NCBI GenBank assembly: GCA_902521955.1
Contig: CABYTP010000003.1
Coordinates: forward strand, 5,910 to 69,909
Direction: 5' to 3'
Source: an uncultured Candidatus Actinomarina sp.
GTDB taxonomy: Bacteria > Actinomycetota > Acidimicrobiia > Actinomarinales > Actinomarinaceae
Length of the DNA stretch: 64,000 nt
The first letter of the stretch is position 1, and each line of letters starts with the position of its first letter. Below are positions 37,978-47,310 of this stretch, piece by piece. Under the pieces are notes generated by a model. It was not told the DNA's origin and ran no database searches. It saw only the letters and a program-made list of their open reading frames with translations. Made by a program: the position numbers and the translations under genes.

Positions 37978-38274
37978 ATGGATACAAGAGCTAGTAAAGA
38001 ACGTAAATTTACTGAAACCATGGAAAAGTGGATTATGTATTTTATGTATTTATTATTTGGTGGTTTGTTTTTTTTAATATCCATACAGGGATCTCTGAGT
38101 GAAGGGTTGATATTATTGCCCATTGCGTTAGTCTCTATTCCCCTTACGAAGTGGGGTATGCGTTGGCAAAACGAACGCTATATAAGAAGTGCTCAGAATC
38201 AAGATGACCTAGAAGTTGTTGTAAATAGATTAAATGAAATTGAAAAAAGAATATCAGAATTGGAGGATAAATGA
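37978..38274 (+). CDS. hypothetical membrane protein
   Basis: 98 aa, two hydrophobic helices and a C-terminal coiled-coil-like tail. Its stop overlaps the next gene's start. Confidence 0.4.
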   Translation: MDTRASKERKFTETMEKWIMYFMYLLFGGLFFLISIQGSLSEGLILLPIALVSIPLTKWGMRWQNERYIRSAQNQDDLEVVVNRLNEIEKRISELEDK

Positions 38275-38756
38275 TATCTGTAGAAGTATTACTGAAACAT
38301 ATGGCTTGGGCAAACCAAGAAATCTACAAAGAAGTGCAGAAGCTAGATAATGAAGTCTTAAATTACTATGTAATTGATCCTGAGTGGACTGTCAGAAAAA
38401 TACTTATTCACATTGTTGGTGCTGGTCACTTATATGGACAGAGGCTAGATGGTGATCCTTTCTCACCATTTAAGTTAGAAAGTGATGATGATGGAATGTT
38501 AATTAATCAACTACTTACTGAATTAGAAAGAATAGATCAAGGTTTAATTAAATTCGCAAATGTTGAAGATGGGGATTTAACCTACATGACATCTCAAGGA
38601 GAAAGAACAAGTAAGATTTCTACAATAATTTCTCAAATGATATTCCACGCTGCTGAACATAGAGCACAAATTGTTGCAGCTTTAGATAAACACAACTTAA
38701 GAGAAATAAATTTAGATAGATACTCAGTGTTTAGCTATATAGAAAGCATCAAGTAG
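38271..38756 (+). CDS. DinB-family protein
   Basis: 161 aa four-helix pattern with conserved His positions (LIHIVGAGH ... FHAAEHRAQI). Confidence 0.5.
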   Translation: MISVEVLLKHMAWANQEIYKEVQKLDNEVLNYYVIDPEWTVRKILIHIVGAGHLYGQRLDGDPFSPFKLESDDDGMLINQLLTELERIDQGLIKFANVEDGDLTYMTSQGERTSKISTIISQMIFHAAEHRAQIVAALDKHNLREINLDRYSVFSYIESIK

Positions 38757-39054
38757 TACTGCTGTTTACCCACTCATCATATTCTGGCAAGGTGTAAACA
38801 GGCTCTAGTACTGTAATTTTTGGGAGTTCGTAATGATGTCTTTGTTTTACGATGTCTACAACTTCTCTGAGTAAAGCCTCACTTGTATACATAGACACTT
38901 CTACTTCTGGTTCATTAATTATTTCATCTTTCCACTTATAGGATGACTGAATAGTATGGAATGTTCCACATGCAATTTTATTTGTTTCAAGCAAAAGATT
39001 GATCAATTCTTTTGCATTTTTATCATCACCTACGGTTGTTTGGATAATAATCAT
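38749..39054 (-). CDS. cutA: divalent-cation tolerance protein CutA
   Basis: 101 aa. IACGTF ... SSYKWKDEI ... E ... HHYELPKI matches the CutA1 pattern. Confidence 0.7.
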   Translation of the reverse strand: MIIIQTTVGDDKNAKELINLLLETNKIACGTFHTIQSSYKWKDEIINEPEVEVSMYTSEALLREVVDIVKQRHHYELPKITVLEPVYTLPEYDEWVNSSTT

Positions 39055-39890
39055 AAGTCAAGATTAAGCTCTTTTGCTGTGTAAGACCATAGAGAAGTTC
39101 TGAATTCTTTATTGTAAACAATTTTGTTATGTTTCATGGTTGATGGCTTTCCATAAAATCCAAAGATACGCGGGGCATAGACGTGGTGTGGTGAGACATC
39201 TGTCTCTTCTATAGCTTTTAATATAGGGGCGATACCTGTTTGAATATTTGTAGAAAAATATGTATAAAAAGATTTTTTTATTCTTTTTACATTGTGGGGT
39301 CTAGATTGTCGTGATTTTGTAACACCTGGGTGAGCAACTGATACAGATACAGGTACATCAACTAACCTATTCCCCAACTCCAGCGCAAACATTGATCTAT
39401 ATAGATTTGTTAAATTGTATCTACTGCTTGGTGAAAACGATTTCTGTGTATGAAGATCTTCTAGTATTAACTTTCTAGCTAAATACATTGAGAGACTTGA
39501 AATCTGAACAATCTTTCCTGAGGTATTTATAAGGTTATCTAAGAGCATTAGGGATAAACGATAAGAACCAAAATAATTCACAGACATCATGGATTCGTAT
39601 CCTTCAGTTGTTAATTCAAAATCTCTATAAATTAAACCTGCATTGTTGTACAAAATATCTAAATTTGAATAATCAGATTTTATCTTCTGGACGAATAGCT
39701 GTATGCTTTCTGGATCAGAGAGATCAAGTTCTAGAAACTTTGAAGATGGACCTAGATATTTCTCTGCCATCAACCCTTTTTCAGTGTTTCTACAAGCAAG
39801 TACAACTCTATAGTCATGTTGAATCAATCTCTTTGCAACTGCTAGACCAATTCCTTTATTCGCTCCGGTAATGATTGCTGTTTTTGTCAT
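39051..39890 (-). CDS. short-chain dehydrogenase/reductase (SDR)
   Basis: ITGANKGIGLA (TGxxxGxG), NNAG, and a catalytic region with Ser ... Y.x3.(K/N). Confidence 0.8.
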   Translation of the reverse strand: MTKTAIITGANKGIGLAVAKRLIQHDYRVVLACRNTEKGLMAEKYLGPSSKFLELDLSDPESIQLFVQKIKSDYSNLDILYNNAGLIYRDFELTTEGYESMMSVNYFGSYRLSLMLLDNLINTSGKIVQISSLSMYLARKLILEDLHTQKSFSPSSRYNLTNLYRSMFALELGNRLVDVPVSVSVAHPGVTKSRQSRPHNVKRIKKSFYTYFSTNIQTGIAPILKAIEETDVSPHHVYAPRIFGFYGKPSTMKHNKIVYNKEFRTSLWSYTAKELNLDL

Positions 39891-39926
39891 TTTTTATTCA
39901 GTCTATTAATAGGTAGGATTAAACAA

Positions 39927-40148
39927 ATGTATTATTTGTTAACTGGAATTATTGCTGTATCAATACTGAGATACTTTAATTTAATACCAAAAATGACGAG
40001 TAAGTTTTGGACATATGTTGATTATGTAATAGTCCTCATTGGGTTTGTGCTACTTCTTTCACGTATACCTCCTTTTTTCTCAGGAATTTTACTTACAGTT
40101 GTAGCTGGGTATGCATGGCGAAAAGGCTTTTTCGATAAATTTCGCTAG
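39927..40148 (+). CDS. hypothetical small membrane protein
   Basis: 73 aa, two or three hydrophobic helices. No motif recognised. Confidence 0.35.
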   Translation: MYYLLTGIIAVSILRYFNLIPKMTSKFWTYVDYVIVLIGFVLLLSRIPPFFSGILLTVVAGYAWRKGFFDKFR

Positions 40149-40152
40149 AGCG

Positions 40153-41280
40153 TTAGCTATTAGGAAGGATTGACATAAGCTCTTCTTCAGAGCTGTTAGT
40201 AATAAAATTTCTAAATTCTTCTTCGTATGTAATGTAATTTTTTCCAAATGTATTTTGAAAATTTTCAGGAAATAAAATACCTGTCTGTGCATTTATCCAA
40301 AAGTCATACATTGTCTGTTCTCCGTGAATGTTGGTTAAGTAGGCTATAAACCATGCACCTACTTGATAACCTACAGCCCAATCACTTTCCCAAGTGACGT
40401 TATAGAGTTCAGGCCCATTCAAATATCGTTCTTTTATGGTTGGTTGATTGTCTCCACAGTAACAACTAAATAATCCTCTATTCATTTCGTTTTGCAAATG
40501 AGAAAAATCATTTACGTCACGTGAATAGTAAAGGTGAGAAAAATATGTTGCATATCCCTCCATCCAGAAAGGTTTGTCTCTTTCATCCTTTTCTATTCTC
40601 TTGCCAGTAATTTTTTGTTCTAAGTCGTAGTCAAAACCTACAACATTGGAAAGTTGAAAAATGTGATACATTTCATGAATAGTTACATAAGCTTGTGATC
40701 TACTATCCCAAGATAAATCAAATGATCCACTAATGAAAAGATAACAACATTCTCTATCACTTGGTATTCCGCTTATAGAAGATCCTGTAACTCTTCCACT
40801 ATCTGTAAAAAGACCAATACTTCCGTCAGCTTTCTTATCATGATTCTTTGGATTGCAGCGGGAATTCCTGAATGTTTTTGGATACACTTCATCTAAATAC
40901 TGGCAATATTCTTCCTCTAGAGCTATTGCAGATTCATAATTTTCAGAGTCAAGCTGAACAACAAGTATTGGATATAAATTTTCTCTTTTTATGCGTTCAT
41001 CTACAAACAAAAGCTGTTCCGTATATTGAATGTACTTTGTAAGAATATCCACATGCTGATCAGAAATAGTTGAGGCTCTAAAGATTTTTACATCTCTGTA
41101 GTCAAGATAGTTATCTGATTGGGGAATATTTTTCTCTGGAGTAGTCGTTGCTATGTCTTCAACTGTAATGGTCGTTGTTATATCTTGAGTAGTGTCTGTT
41201 GTAATAATTAAAGATCCCTCAGTTAATTCACTTCCACCACACACGATGAAGATCGATAAAAATAGTATGTATTTTTTCAT
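40153..41280 (-). CDS. putative secreted lipoprotein with HExxH (zinc-metalloprotease-like) motif
   Basis: Signal plus lipobox-like FIVCGG, a Thr-rich linker, and VTIHEMYHIF containing HEMYH. No family assigned. Confidence 0.4.
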   Translation of the reverse strand: MKKYILFLSIFIVCGGSELTEGSLIITTDTTQDITTTITVEDIATTTPEKNIPQSDNYLDYRDVKIFRASTISDQHVDILTKYIQYTEQLLFVDERIKRENLYPILVVQLDSENYESAIALEEEYCQYLDEVYPKTFRNSRCNPKNHDKKADGSIGLFTDSGRVTGSSISGIPSDRECCYLFISGSFDLSWDSRSQAYVTIHEMYHIFQLSNVVGFDYDLEQKITGKRIEKDERDKPFWMEGYATYFSHLYYSRDVNDFSHLQNEMNRGLFSCYCGDNQPTIKERYLNGPELYNVTWESDWAVGYQVGAWFIAYLTNIHGEQTMYDFWINAQTGILFPENFQNTFGKNYITYEEEFRNFITNSSEEELMSILPNS

Positions 41281-41414
41281 TCGTAATATTTATTGTTGTA
41301 CAGCAACCATCTTATACAAAACACAACAACAATAACCGAGAACAACATTGTCATATTTGGAAAGAGATACAATAGAGTAATTGAACCTATCACTGTAATG
41401 AAAATTACTAACAC
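41277..41414 (-). CDS. candidate small hydrophobic protein (45 aa, below the ORF-track cutoff)
   Basis: A GTG start 1 nt after the upstream TAG, and a stop overlapping the downstream ATG (ATGA). It translates to VLVIFITVIGSITLLYLFPNMTMLFSVIVVVFCIRWLLYNNKYYE, which gives two hydrophobic helices. It exactly fills the gap between its neighbours. Confidence 0.3.
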   Translation of the reverse strand: MLVIFITVIGSITLLYLFPNMTMLFSVIVVVFCIRWLLYNNKYYE

Positions 41415-41415
41415 T

Positions 41416-42081
41416 CTATTTTTCTCCCGGTTTGTAGAAGATTTTATTTCTTCCCTGAACCAAATGATATCTATCCATTAACGCATTTTTATCTACATCA
41501 ACAGAATCTGTTAAAACAAGTTCATCCATTAGTTCAAATCTACGATTTTTATAGTCTATTTTAGTTGGGACAACTGTAGCGTCGAGTGCTCGACCAATAT
41601 AATGAAACCCAGTTTTTATAGTTTCGTTAGATTTCATCTCGCCTTCAACTGTTAAATAGAGAATAAATTTATCTTTTGATTGAAGCTGATCAATAACTTG
41701 CTGCGTAACTCCAGTTGATTTAGCTCTCCAAACAGGAATTCCACCAAATTCAAGGAGTAGCTTATTTTGCATCTTCCCAAAAGGGTGCGGTATGCCCAGT
41801 TTGTCTGGATTTTTTTTAAAAGGAAGTGGTATAACTATTCGAGTAAACATTGAAACTGAACCCAAAAAGTAAAACTTCAAATCGGTGGCTAAGCATACTA
41901 TATATGCATAAATTGCATCAAAAGTAGATGAGTGAGGTGCTGAGGCAATAATTATTCTCTTTTTATCAGGTAGGTTGCCAACTATATCCCAGTTAACAAC
42001 TTTTAAAACAAACCGTCCAATTGGTCCAAGTATTTTTCTTTTCTTATTTGGATGATTTTCTGTTTTAACAACCTCTTCCAT
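41416..42081 (-). CDS. PlsC-like acyltransferase
   Basis: 221 aa. SAPHSSTFD is an HxxxxD acyltransferase motif. Paralogous to the ORF at 51076-51741. Confidence 0.55.
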   Translation of the reverse strand: MEEVVKTENHPNKKRKILGPIGRFVLKVVNWDIVGNLPDKKRIIIASAPHSSTFDAIYAYIVCLATDLKFYFLGSVSMFTRIVIPLPFKKNPDKLGIPHPFGKMQNKLLLEFGGIPVWRAKSTGVTQQVIDQLQSKDKFILYLTVEGEMKSNETIKTGFHYIGRALDATVVPTKIDYKNRRFELMDELVLTDSVDVDKNALMDRYHLVQGRNKIFYKPGEK

Positions 42082-42090
42082 ATATCTATG

Positions 42091-43368
42091 CTAATTACTT
42101 GTAATCTCTTTCACCTGTTTAGAGAGATTTCTTAAATTCTTATTATTAAAATTTACAATCCATAAAACTACATACAAAATACCAATTATAAAAAATAAAA
42201 ACGCATACCCTCTTCCGGGCCCAGAACCAAAAAGTGGAGTTAGGATATCAACATTTTGCGGGTAAAAAGAAAACTCTAAATAATCTCCTAAAGGTCCTGC
42301 AATAACAACTCCTAAGGGTCGTAACATCTGAGCAATTGTCCCCCTAAGTGCTAAAGCTCTTCCTCGAATATTTTCATCTGTAATAGCAAGCCACGCTCCT
42401 GAGGAAACTGTATATTGTACCGTTCCGCTTACTCCAGCGATAATGCCATGTATGCATAAAAGAAATATGCTTGGTCTGAGTGAACCTAAAATCAAACTCA
42501 GGCCACCTAAAAGGCCCATATATATTGCAACTTTTAAATTCCCCTGAAGTTTGTCAGCTAATCGAAGTGAGATAATTGAACCAACTAGAAATGCTAAGCC
42601 AACACTTGATTCAACAATACCTAGCCCTCTTGCGTCTGTGAAGCTAAGAATCATTGGTGGAATTAATACTGAGGTGAAGCCCCATAAAAAGTTACCGATT
42701 GAAAGAATAGATACTAAAGCAAGTAGTCCTTTTTGTTTTTTTAACCAGTTATAAGCTTCGACTAGGTCAAAATAAGTATTTTTAAAATTTAACTTTCCCT
42801 TTGTTTTAATTTTTTTACTTTTAAACAAAGTTATAGTTGCGATGCCGAAAAAACAGGTAATAAGATCCACAAGAATCACTCCAGGAAGGCCAAAAAAAGA
42901 ATAAATGAATGCTCCACCTATTGGTCCAATTAAAACAGAAATTGCTTCTGCACTCTCAAATAGAGCTGAGACTTTTGTTACTTCGTGTTTTTTTACAACA
43001 TCACCTAAAAAAGCACTCCATGTTGTCCAGTGAGCTATTTCAAAAATTCCAAAAGCTAAAGCAAATGGTATGAGTAAGGTAAGTGTCAAGATATCACTTA
43101 TTGCAAAATATCCAATTACACACATCAATACCGCAATTATTAAATCAAAAACAATAATCAATGTTTTTCTTGGAAATCTATCTGCAAGGACTCCTCCGAA
43201 TGGTCCTGTAACTACACCTACAATTGCAACTATAAATAAAATGGTAGAAAGAGCGCTTGCTTTTCCTGTGGTCTCATATATCCAAACTCCTATTGCGAAG
43301 AAAGACATAGAAGAGCCAGTCCATGATACTGTTTGACCAAACCAGAGAAGATATACTTTTTTACTCAT
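42091..43368 (-). CDS. MFS transporter
   Basis: 425 aa, about 12 TM helices. LADRFPRK loop motif between TM2 and TM3. Confidence 0.8.
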   Translation of the reverse strand: MSKKVYLLWFGQTVSWTGSSMSFFAIGVWIYETTGKASALSTILFIVAIVGVVTGPFGGVLADRFPRKTLIIVFDLIIAVLMCVIGYFAISDILTLTLLIPFALAFGIFEIAHWTTWSAFLGDVVKKHEVTKVSALFESAEAISVLIGPIGGAFIYSFFGLPGVILVDLITCFFGIATITLFKSKKIKTKGKLNFKNTYFDLVEAYNWLKKQKGLLALVSILSIGNFLWGFTSVLIPPMILSFTDARGLGIVESSVGLAFLVGSIISLRLADKLQGNLKVAIYMGLLGGLSLILGSLRPSIFLLCIHGIIAGVSGTVQYTVSSGAWLAITDENIRGRALALRGTIAQMLRPLGVVIAGPLGDYLEFSFYPQNVDILTPLFGSGPGRGYAFLFFIIGILYVVLWIVNFNNKNLRNLSKQVKEITSN

Positions 43369-43426
43369 AAATCACCTTGTTGAGTATATAAGTAAAACAT
43401 ATATAAAATTTTAAAACGCGCTGATG

Positions 43427-43549
43427 CTAGCCAATGCAAGAAAAACAGTGAACCATCCAGTTTTCAGTAACTTGAGGATCAAGTGAAGACAGAGCTGTAA
43501 ACCCTAAAATAATTGCAATTCCAATTAATGTCCAGTGTTTTATAGGCAT
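43427..43549 (-). CDS. candidate small membrane peptide (40 aa)
   Basis: ATG ... TAG ORF MPIKHWTLIGIAIILGFTALSSLDPQVTENWMVHCFSCIG in an otherwise empty 212 bp spacer. One TM helix and a C-terminal CxxC. Confidence 0.2.
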   Translation of the reverse strand: MPIKHWTLIGIAIILGFTALSSLDPQVTENWMVHCFSCIG

Positions 43550-43580
43550 AAATCAATAATAAACACATTAAATTTGAAAA

Positions 43581-44588
43581 TTGAAAAAATTCATCATAGA
43601 TTGGGATTATAAGGGGGAGCTTATGTTGAGTAAAGAGGCTATTAAAGCCCAAAACAAATATAAAAAATTAGGTTCTATGATTTCATGGCTGGTCGTTGAA
43701 CCTTGGAAACCAGTAATGTGGAAAGTCAAACTACAGAGGTTTAACTTTGATAATATTGTTGCGATAAATCCAAAATCTAAAGGTCATAAAAAAGAGAAGT
43801 TAAAACTTGCAGGAATGGAGACATGGAAGATTACAACTCCTAACTCAGATCCAGAAAAGATTCTTCTATACTTTCATGGCGGAGCATATCAAGTTGGAAG
43901 TCCTAAAGGGTACTATCCTATGCTTACTCATTTAGCGAGAGAAACAGGGTTTACAATCTACATTCCTGATTACAGACTCGCACCAGAACACTATCACCCA
44001 GCGCAGGTTGAAGATGGTGTTGCTGCATATGAGGCACTGGTAAATGACTTAAGATATTCTCCAGATCAAATTGCTTTCGGTGGTGATTCAGCGGGTGGAA
44101 ATATGTCACTTGTGACAATGTTGAAACTAAAAGAACAAGGTAAAGAATTACCAGCAGCAATAATATGTATCTCTCCGTGGGCAGATCCGGCCGCAACCGG
44201 AGAATCATATAACCGAGAAATGGCTGAAAAGGATTTACTCATTGGACCTATTTTTAAAAGAATGTGGGATGAATATAACCTTGATGGATTCGGAGGGTAC
44301 TTTGTAAAAGAAGAAGACTTAGATTCAGAAAACCCATATATATGTCCTATAAAAGGTGACTATACAAATAGTCCTCCAATAATGATTCAAGTTGGTGGTG
44401 CTGAGTTACTACTTTCAGACTCTAGAACGTTGAAAAATGTCTTAGAGCGTGATGGCATAGAACATGAATATAAAGAGTGGGAGGATTTATGGCATGTATT
44501 TCAAATAGAAGCAGTGCTGCCTGAATCAGTAGAGTCTTTTAAAATGTTTGGGAATTTCTTAAATAAACATATTGGTGTAAAAGTCTAA
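43581..44588 (+). CDS. alpha/beta-hydrolase esterase/lipase (HSL, family IV)
   Basis: Oxyanion HGGAY, nucleophile elbow GDSAGGN, and downstream D and H positions. TTG start, with an alternative ATG at 43623. Confidence 0.8.
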   Translation: MKKFIIDWDYKGELMLSKEAIKAQNKYKKLGSMISWLVVEPWKPVMWKVKLQRFNFDNIVAINPKSKGHKKEKLKLAGMETWKITTPNSDPEKILLYFHGGAYQVGSPKGYYPMLTHLARETGFTIYIPDYRLAPEHYHPAQVEDGVAAYEALVNDLRYSPDQIAFGGDSAGGNMSLVTMLKLKEQGKELPAAIICISPWADPAATGESYNREMAEKDLLIGPIFKRMWDEYNLDGFGGYFVKEEDLDSENPYICPIKGDYTNSPPIMIQVGGAELLLSDSRTLKNVLERDGIEHEYKEWEDLWHVFQIEAVLPESVESFKMFGNFLNKHIGVKV

Positions 44589-44625
44589 ACTTTATAATTA
44601 ATACCATAAATATTTAAAACAAAGG

Positions 44626-45621
44626 ATGGTAATGAAGCACGCACTTATTACTGGAAGTTCTGGTCATGTTGGGTCTAATCTCGTTAGAAAACTTTCAGAA
44701 TTAGATTATAAAATTCGATGTATTGACTTTGATGGAGACCACAGAGCCTATGAAGGTTACGATGTTGAAATCATAAAAGGAGATATCACCGACAAAGACT
44801 CTCTATACGAAATATTTGAGGGTGTTGACGTAGTATTTCACACGGCAGCTCTAATTAACTTAGATAGAAGATACAGAGAAGCAATCGAGTTTGTAAATAT
44901 TGAGGGTACAAGAAATGTTTGTGAAGTTGCACTTGAAAAAGGTATTGAAAAATTAGTCCATTTCTCTTCAGTGGATGCTTTTTACCGTTTTCCTATTGAT
45001 GAACCATTACTCGAAGATAGAAAATTAATTGATGATGCTAGTGGTATGCCGTACGATTACTCAAAAGCTGAAGGCCAGAGAATAGTTCTAGAGTTCTGCA
45101 AGAAAGGCTTAGATGCGTCAATAATTCACCCAACCTCAATTGTCGGTCCAAATGATTTTAAACCAGGACTTCCCATGCAGGCATTTGTAGATATGGCAAA
45201 TGGTAAAACCAAGTTGATGCCTGACTGGGGATATAACTTTATTGACGTTCGAGATCTATGTGATGCTGCAATTTCTGCAGTAGAGAATGGTAAGACAGGT
45301 CAGAACTACATCATTGGTGGCGAATATCATTCATATTTATATATTGCGGAGTTAATGGGTAAACAAGTAGGTAGAAAAGTTGTTTATGGAAAACTACCTG
45401 AGTTTATTACATATATAGCTATTCCTTTTGAATATATTAGGTCTCTAATTAATAAAAAGCCTCGCTTGATAACACTAGATACAATTCACACAGCTCAAAC
45501 TGGAAATAAAGTTGTTCCAAGTACTTTAGCCCGTGAAGAACTTGGACATAATCCAAGACCAATAGAGGAAACTATATTTGATACAGTTGAGTTTTTTCAA
45601 AAAAGAGGTCTAGTAAATTAG
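44626..45621 (+). CDS. NAD-dependent epimerase/dehydratase family protein
   Basis: ITGSSGHVGSNLV Rossmann motif and YDYSKAEGQ (YxxxK). 331 aa. Confidence 0.8.
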   Translation: MVMKHALITGSSGHVGSNLVRKLSELDYKIRCIDFDGDHRAYEGYDVEIIKGDITDKDSLYEIFEGVDVVFHTAALINLDRRYREAIEFVNIEGTRNVCEVALEKGIEKLVHFSSVDAFYRFPIDEPLLEDRKLIDDASGMPYDYSKAEGQRIVLEFCKKGLDASIIHPTSIVGPNDFKPGLPMQAFVDMANGKTKLMPDWGYNFIDVRDLCDAAISAVENGKTGQNYIIGGEYHSYLYIAELMGKQVGRKVVYGKLPEFITYIAIPFEYIRSLINKKPRLITLDTIHTAQTGNKVVPSTLAREELGHNPRPIEETIFDTVEFFQKRGLVN

Positions 45622-45638
45622 GAATTAGTATTTACAAT

Positions 45639-46475
45639 ATGTCTGTGAATAATTTAGAGTTTCTCAACGTAGCTGGCTACAAATTTGAGCCATTGGAAAA
45701 CCTTGATTCCCTTATTCCTGAATTCCAGAATAAGTGTGATGAGTTAGGCCTTAAGGGTTCAGTGTATCTCAGTCCAAATGGAATAAATTTCTCTATTGCT
45801 GGAACCGAAGAAGATATGGACACATATATAAAATTTATGGAAGAGGATTCAAGATTTAGAGATATTCCTTTAAAGAAAACCTTTAGTGAGACACAGCCTT
45901 TTAGAAGAATGAAGGTGCGTTTAAAAAAAGAAATTATTTCACTTGGTAGAGATGATATTAATCCAAGCGAGTTGACCGGAGATTACATATCACCAAGAGA
46001 GCTATTTGAAATATATGAAAAAAAAGAAGACGTAATAGTTCTTGACACTAGAAATGAGTATGAAACAAGAGTTGGGCTTTTTGAAAATGCAATCGATCTA
46101 CAATTAGATACTTTTAGAGACTTTCCTTCAGCTATTGAGACACTTCCGGAGGAATATAAAGATAAGCAAATTGTTATGTACTGTACTGGTGGCATTAGGT
46201 GTGAAAAGGCATCTGCTGTCATGATGAAAGCTGGGTTTTCCGATGTTAAACAATTAGAAGGCGGGGTACTAGATTACTTCAAAGAGACTGGTGGCGCTTA
46301 CTGGAATGGTGATTGTTTTGTATTTGATGAGAGAGTTGCTCTAGACAAAGAACTTAAAGAGACAGAGTATATATATTGTTATATTTGTAGAGAGCCACTT
46401 TCAGCAGAAGAAAAAGCATCACCAGATTTTAAAATTAATGAATACTGCCCTTACTGTATAGACAGTAGTTCTTAA
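45639..46475 (+). CDS. trhO: rhodanese-domain protein UPF0176 / tRNA uridine(34) hydroxylase TrhO
   Basis: IVMYCTGGIRCEKASAVM and CFVFDERVAL match E. coli YceA/TrhO. C-terminal Cys cluster CYIC ... CPYC. Confidence 0.8.
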   Translation: MSVNNLEFLNVAGYKFEPLENLDSLIPEFQNKCDELGLKGSVYLSPNGINFSIAGTEEDMDTYIKFMEEDSRFRDIPLKKTFSETQPFRRMKVRLKKEIISLGRDDINPSELTGDYISPRELFEIYEKKEDVIVLDTRNEYETRVGLFENAIDLQLDTFRDFPSAIETLPEEYKDKQIVMYCTGGIRCEKASAVMMKAGFSDVKQLEGGVLDYFKETGGAYWNGDCFVFDERVALDKELKETEYIYCYICREPLSAEEKASPDFKINEYCPYCIDSSS

Positions 46476-46675
46476 TCATCACCAGGAAAATTAGGATTTC
46501 CTCCATAAGGTTCTTCATATTTGTTTTCATATAAATCTTCTAAAGTCTGATATATTCTTTTAGATGTAGCTAATACTGTTACGATACCTTTTTTAACAAG
46601 CCACTTATATGGAGCTGAAAATATTTTTTGCTCTAACTCAAGTAATTTTTTAAACATAATGGTACAAAAATACAA
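46472..46675 (-). CDS. hypothetical small protein
   Basis: 67 aa ORF, probably starting at the internal MFKKLL. No motif recognised. Confidence 0.3.
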   Translation of the reverse strand: MYFCTIMFKKLLELEQKIFSAPYKWLVKKGIVTVLATSKRIYQTLEDLYENKYEEPYGGNPNFPGDD

Positions 46676-46806
46676 TATTTTTGAATTTATCGATAATTAT
46701 GAATATTAAATTTTTATTAACTAATTCCTTATATCCCACAAAACCTGGATTATTGGAGTAATTCTAAATTACTGAAAAAAAGAGATTAAACCTAAAATAT
46801 CTCTTT

Positions 46807-46923
46807 ATGAACGCAAACAAGATTCTCATTGGTGCAGTTATTGTTGTAATAATTTGTTTTCTTATTTATATTTCTTTTGCATTGATATCAATACCTTTTG
46901 TACTGCTGCTCTCACTCTTTTAA
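46807..46923 (+). CDS. candidate small hydrophobic peptide (38 aa)
   Basis: MNANKILIGAVIVVIICFLIYISFALISIPFVLLLSLF. Immediately followed by a strong terminator hairpin. Confidence 0.25.
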   Translation: MNANKILIGAVIVVIICFLIYISFALISIPFVLLLSLF

Positions 46924-46932
46924 GTTTTTAAT

Positions 46933-46965
46933 AAAAAAAGAGGGGTGCTTGACTCCCCCTCTTTT
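46933..46965. terminator. bidirectional intrinsic terminator
   Basis: AAGAGGGG (46938-46945) and CCCCTCTT (46956-46963) form a GC-rich stem. It is flanked by A7 upstream and T4 downstream. Confidence 0.6.
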
Positions 46966-47037
46966 ACAAGCTTAAAAACCCTGTCCAGAATTTCTAAGCT
47001 ATATGAATAGTTTATATGCTTTAAATGATTATTAAAT

Positions 47038-47154
47038 TTATTTTTTAATTGCCAACATAAGAATAAAAATAAATGCAGTTAGACCAATTGATGAAAGAAC
47101 AACAAGCTCGATCATAGATTCATTCACAATTAAATAATCAAAAAATTCTCTCAT
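47038..47154 (-). CDS. candidate small membrane peptide (38 aa)
   Basis: MREFFDYLIVNESMIELVVLSSIGLTAFIFILMLAIKK, with one TM helix. It points toward the same terminator. Confidence 0.2.
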   Translation of the reverse strand: MREFFDYLIVNESMIELVVLSSIGLTAFIFILMLAIKK

Positions 47155-47155
47155 A

Positions 47156-47247
47156 TCTGTATATTAATTAAGTCTGTATATATTAATTAAAACCAAAGGT
47201 CTGTACAGCGAGTTTTCAAAGTGATTCAATAGCCAGAAATACAGACC
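47156..47247. repeat. cluster of short direct and inverted repeats next to the tRNA fragment
   Basis: CTGTATA(TA)TTAATTAA occurs at 47157-47171 and 47174-47190. GGTCTGTA at 47198-47205 is inverted as TACAGACC at 47240-47247. A further GTCTGTA lies at 47172-47178. Confidence 0.5.
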
Positions 47248-47256
47248 AAATATTTG

Positions 47257-47308
47257 TGGGCGCTACAGGATTTGAACCTGTGACTTCTTCCTTGTAAGGG
47301 AAGCGCTC
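47257..47308 (-). pseudogene. tRNA-Val(UAC) 3' fragment (D-stem 3' strand to discriminator), 5' part missing
   Basis: Minus strand reads GAGC-G-CTTCC-CTTACAA-GGAAG-AAGTC-ACAGG-TTCAAAT-CCTGT-AGCGCCC-A. That gives an anticodon arm with UAC, a T arm and the 3' acceptor strand. No GGGCGCT 5' acceptor strand or GCTC D-stem strand precedes it. The lysA stop codon begins 2 nt upstream. Confidence 0.75.
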
Positions 47309-47310
47309 AG

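Noticed and set aside
47257-47308. Calling this an intact tRNA-Val gene
   Set aside because: The 5' acceptor strand (GGGCGCT) and the 5' D-stem strand are absent. The sequence upstream is the end of lysA (.. FINDL stop), so only a 3' fragment is present.
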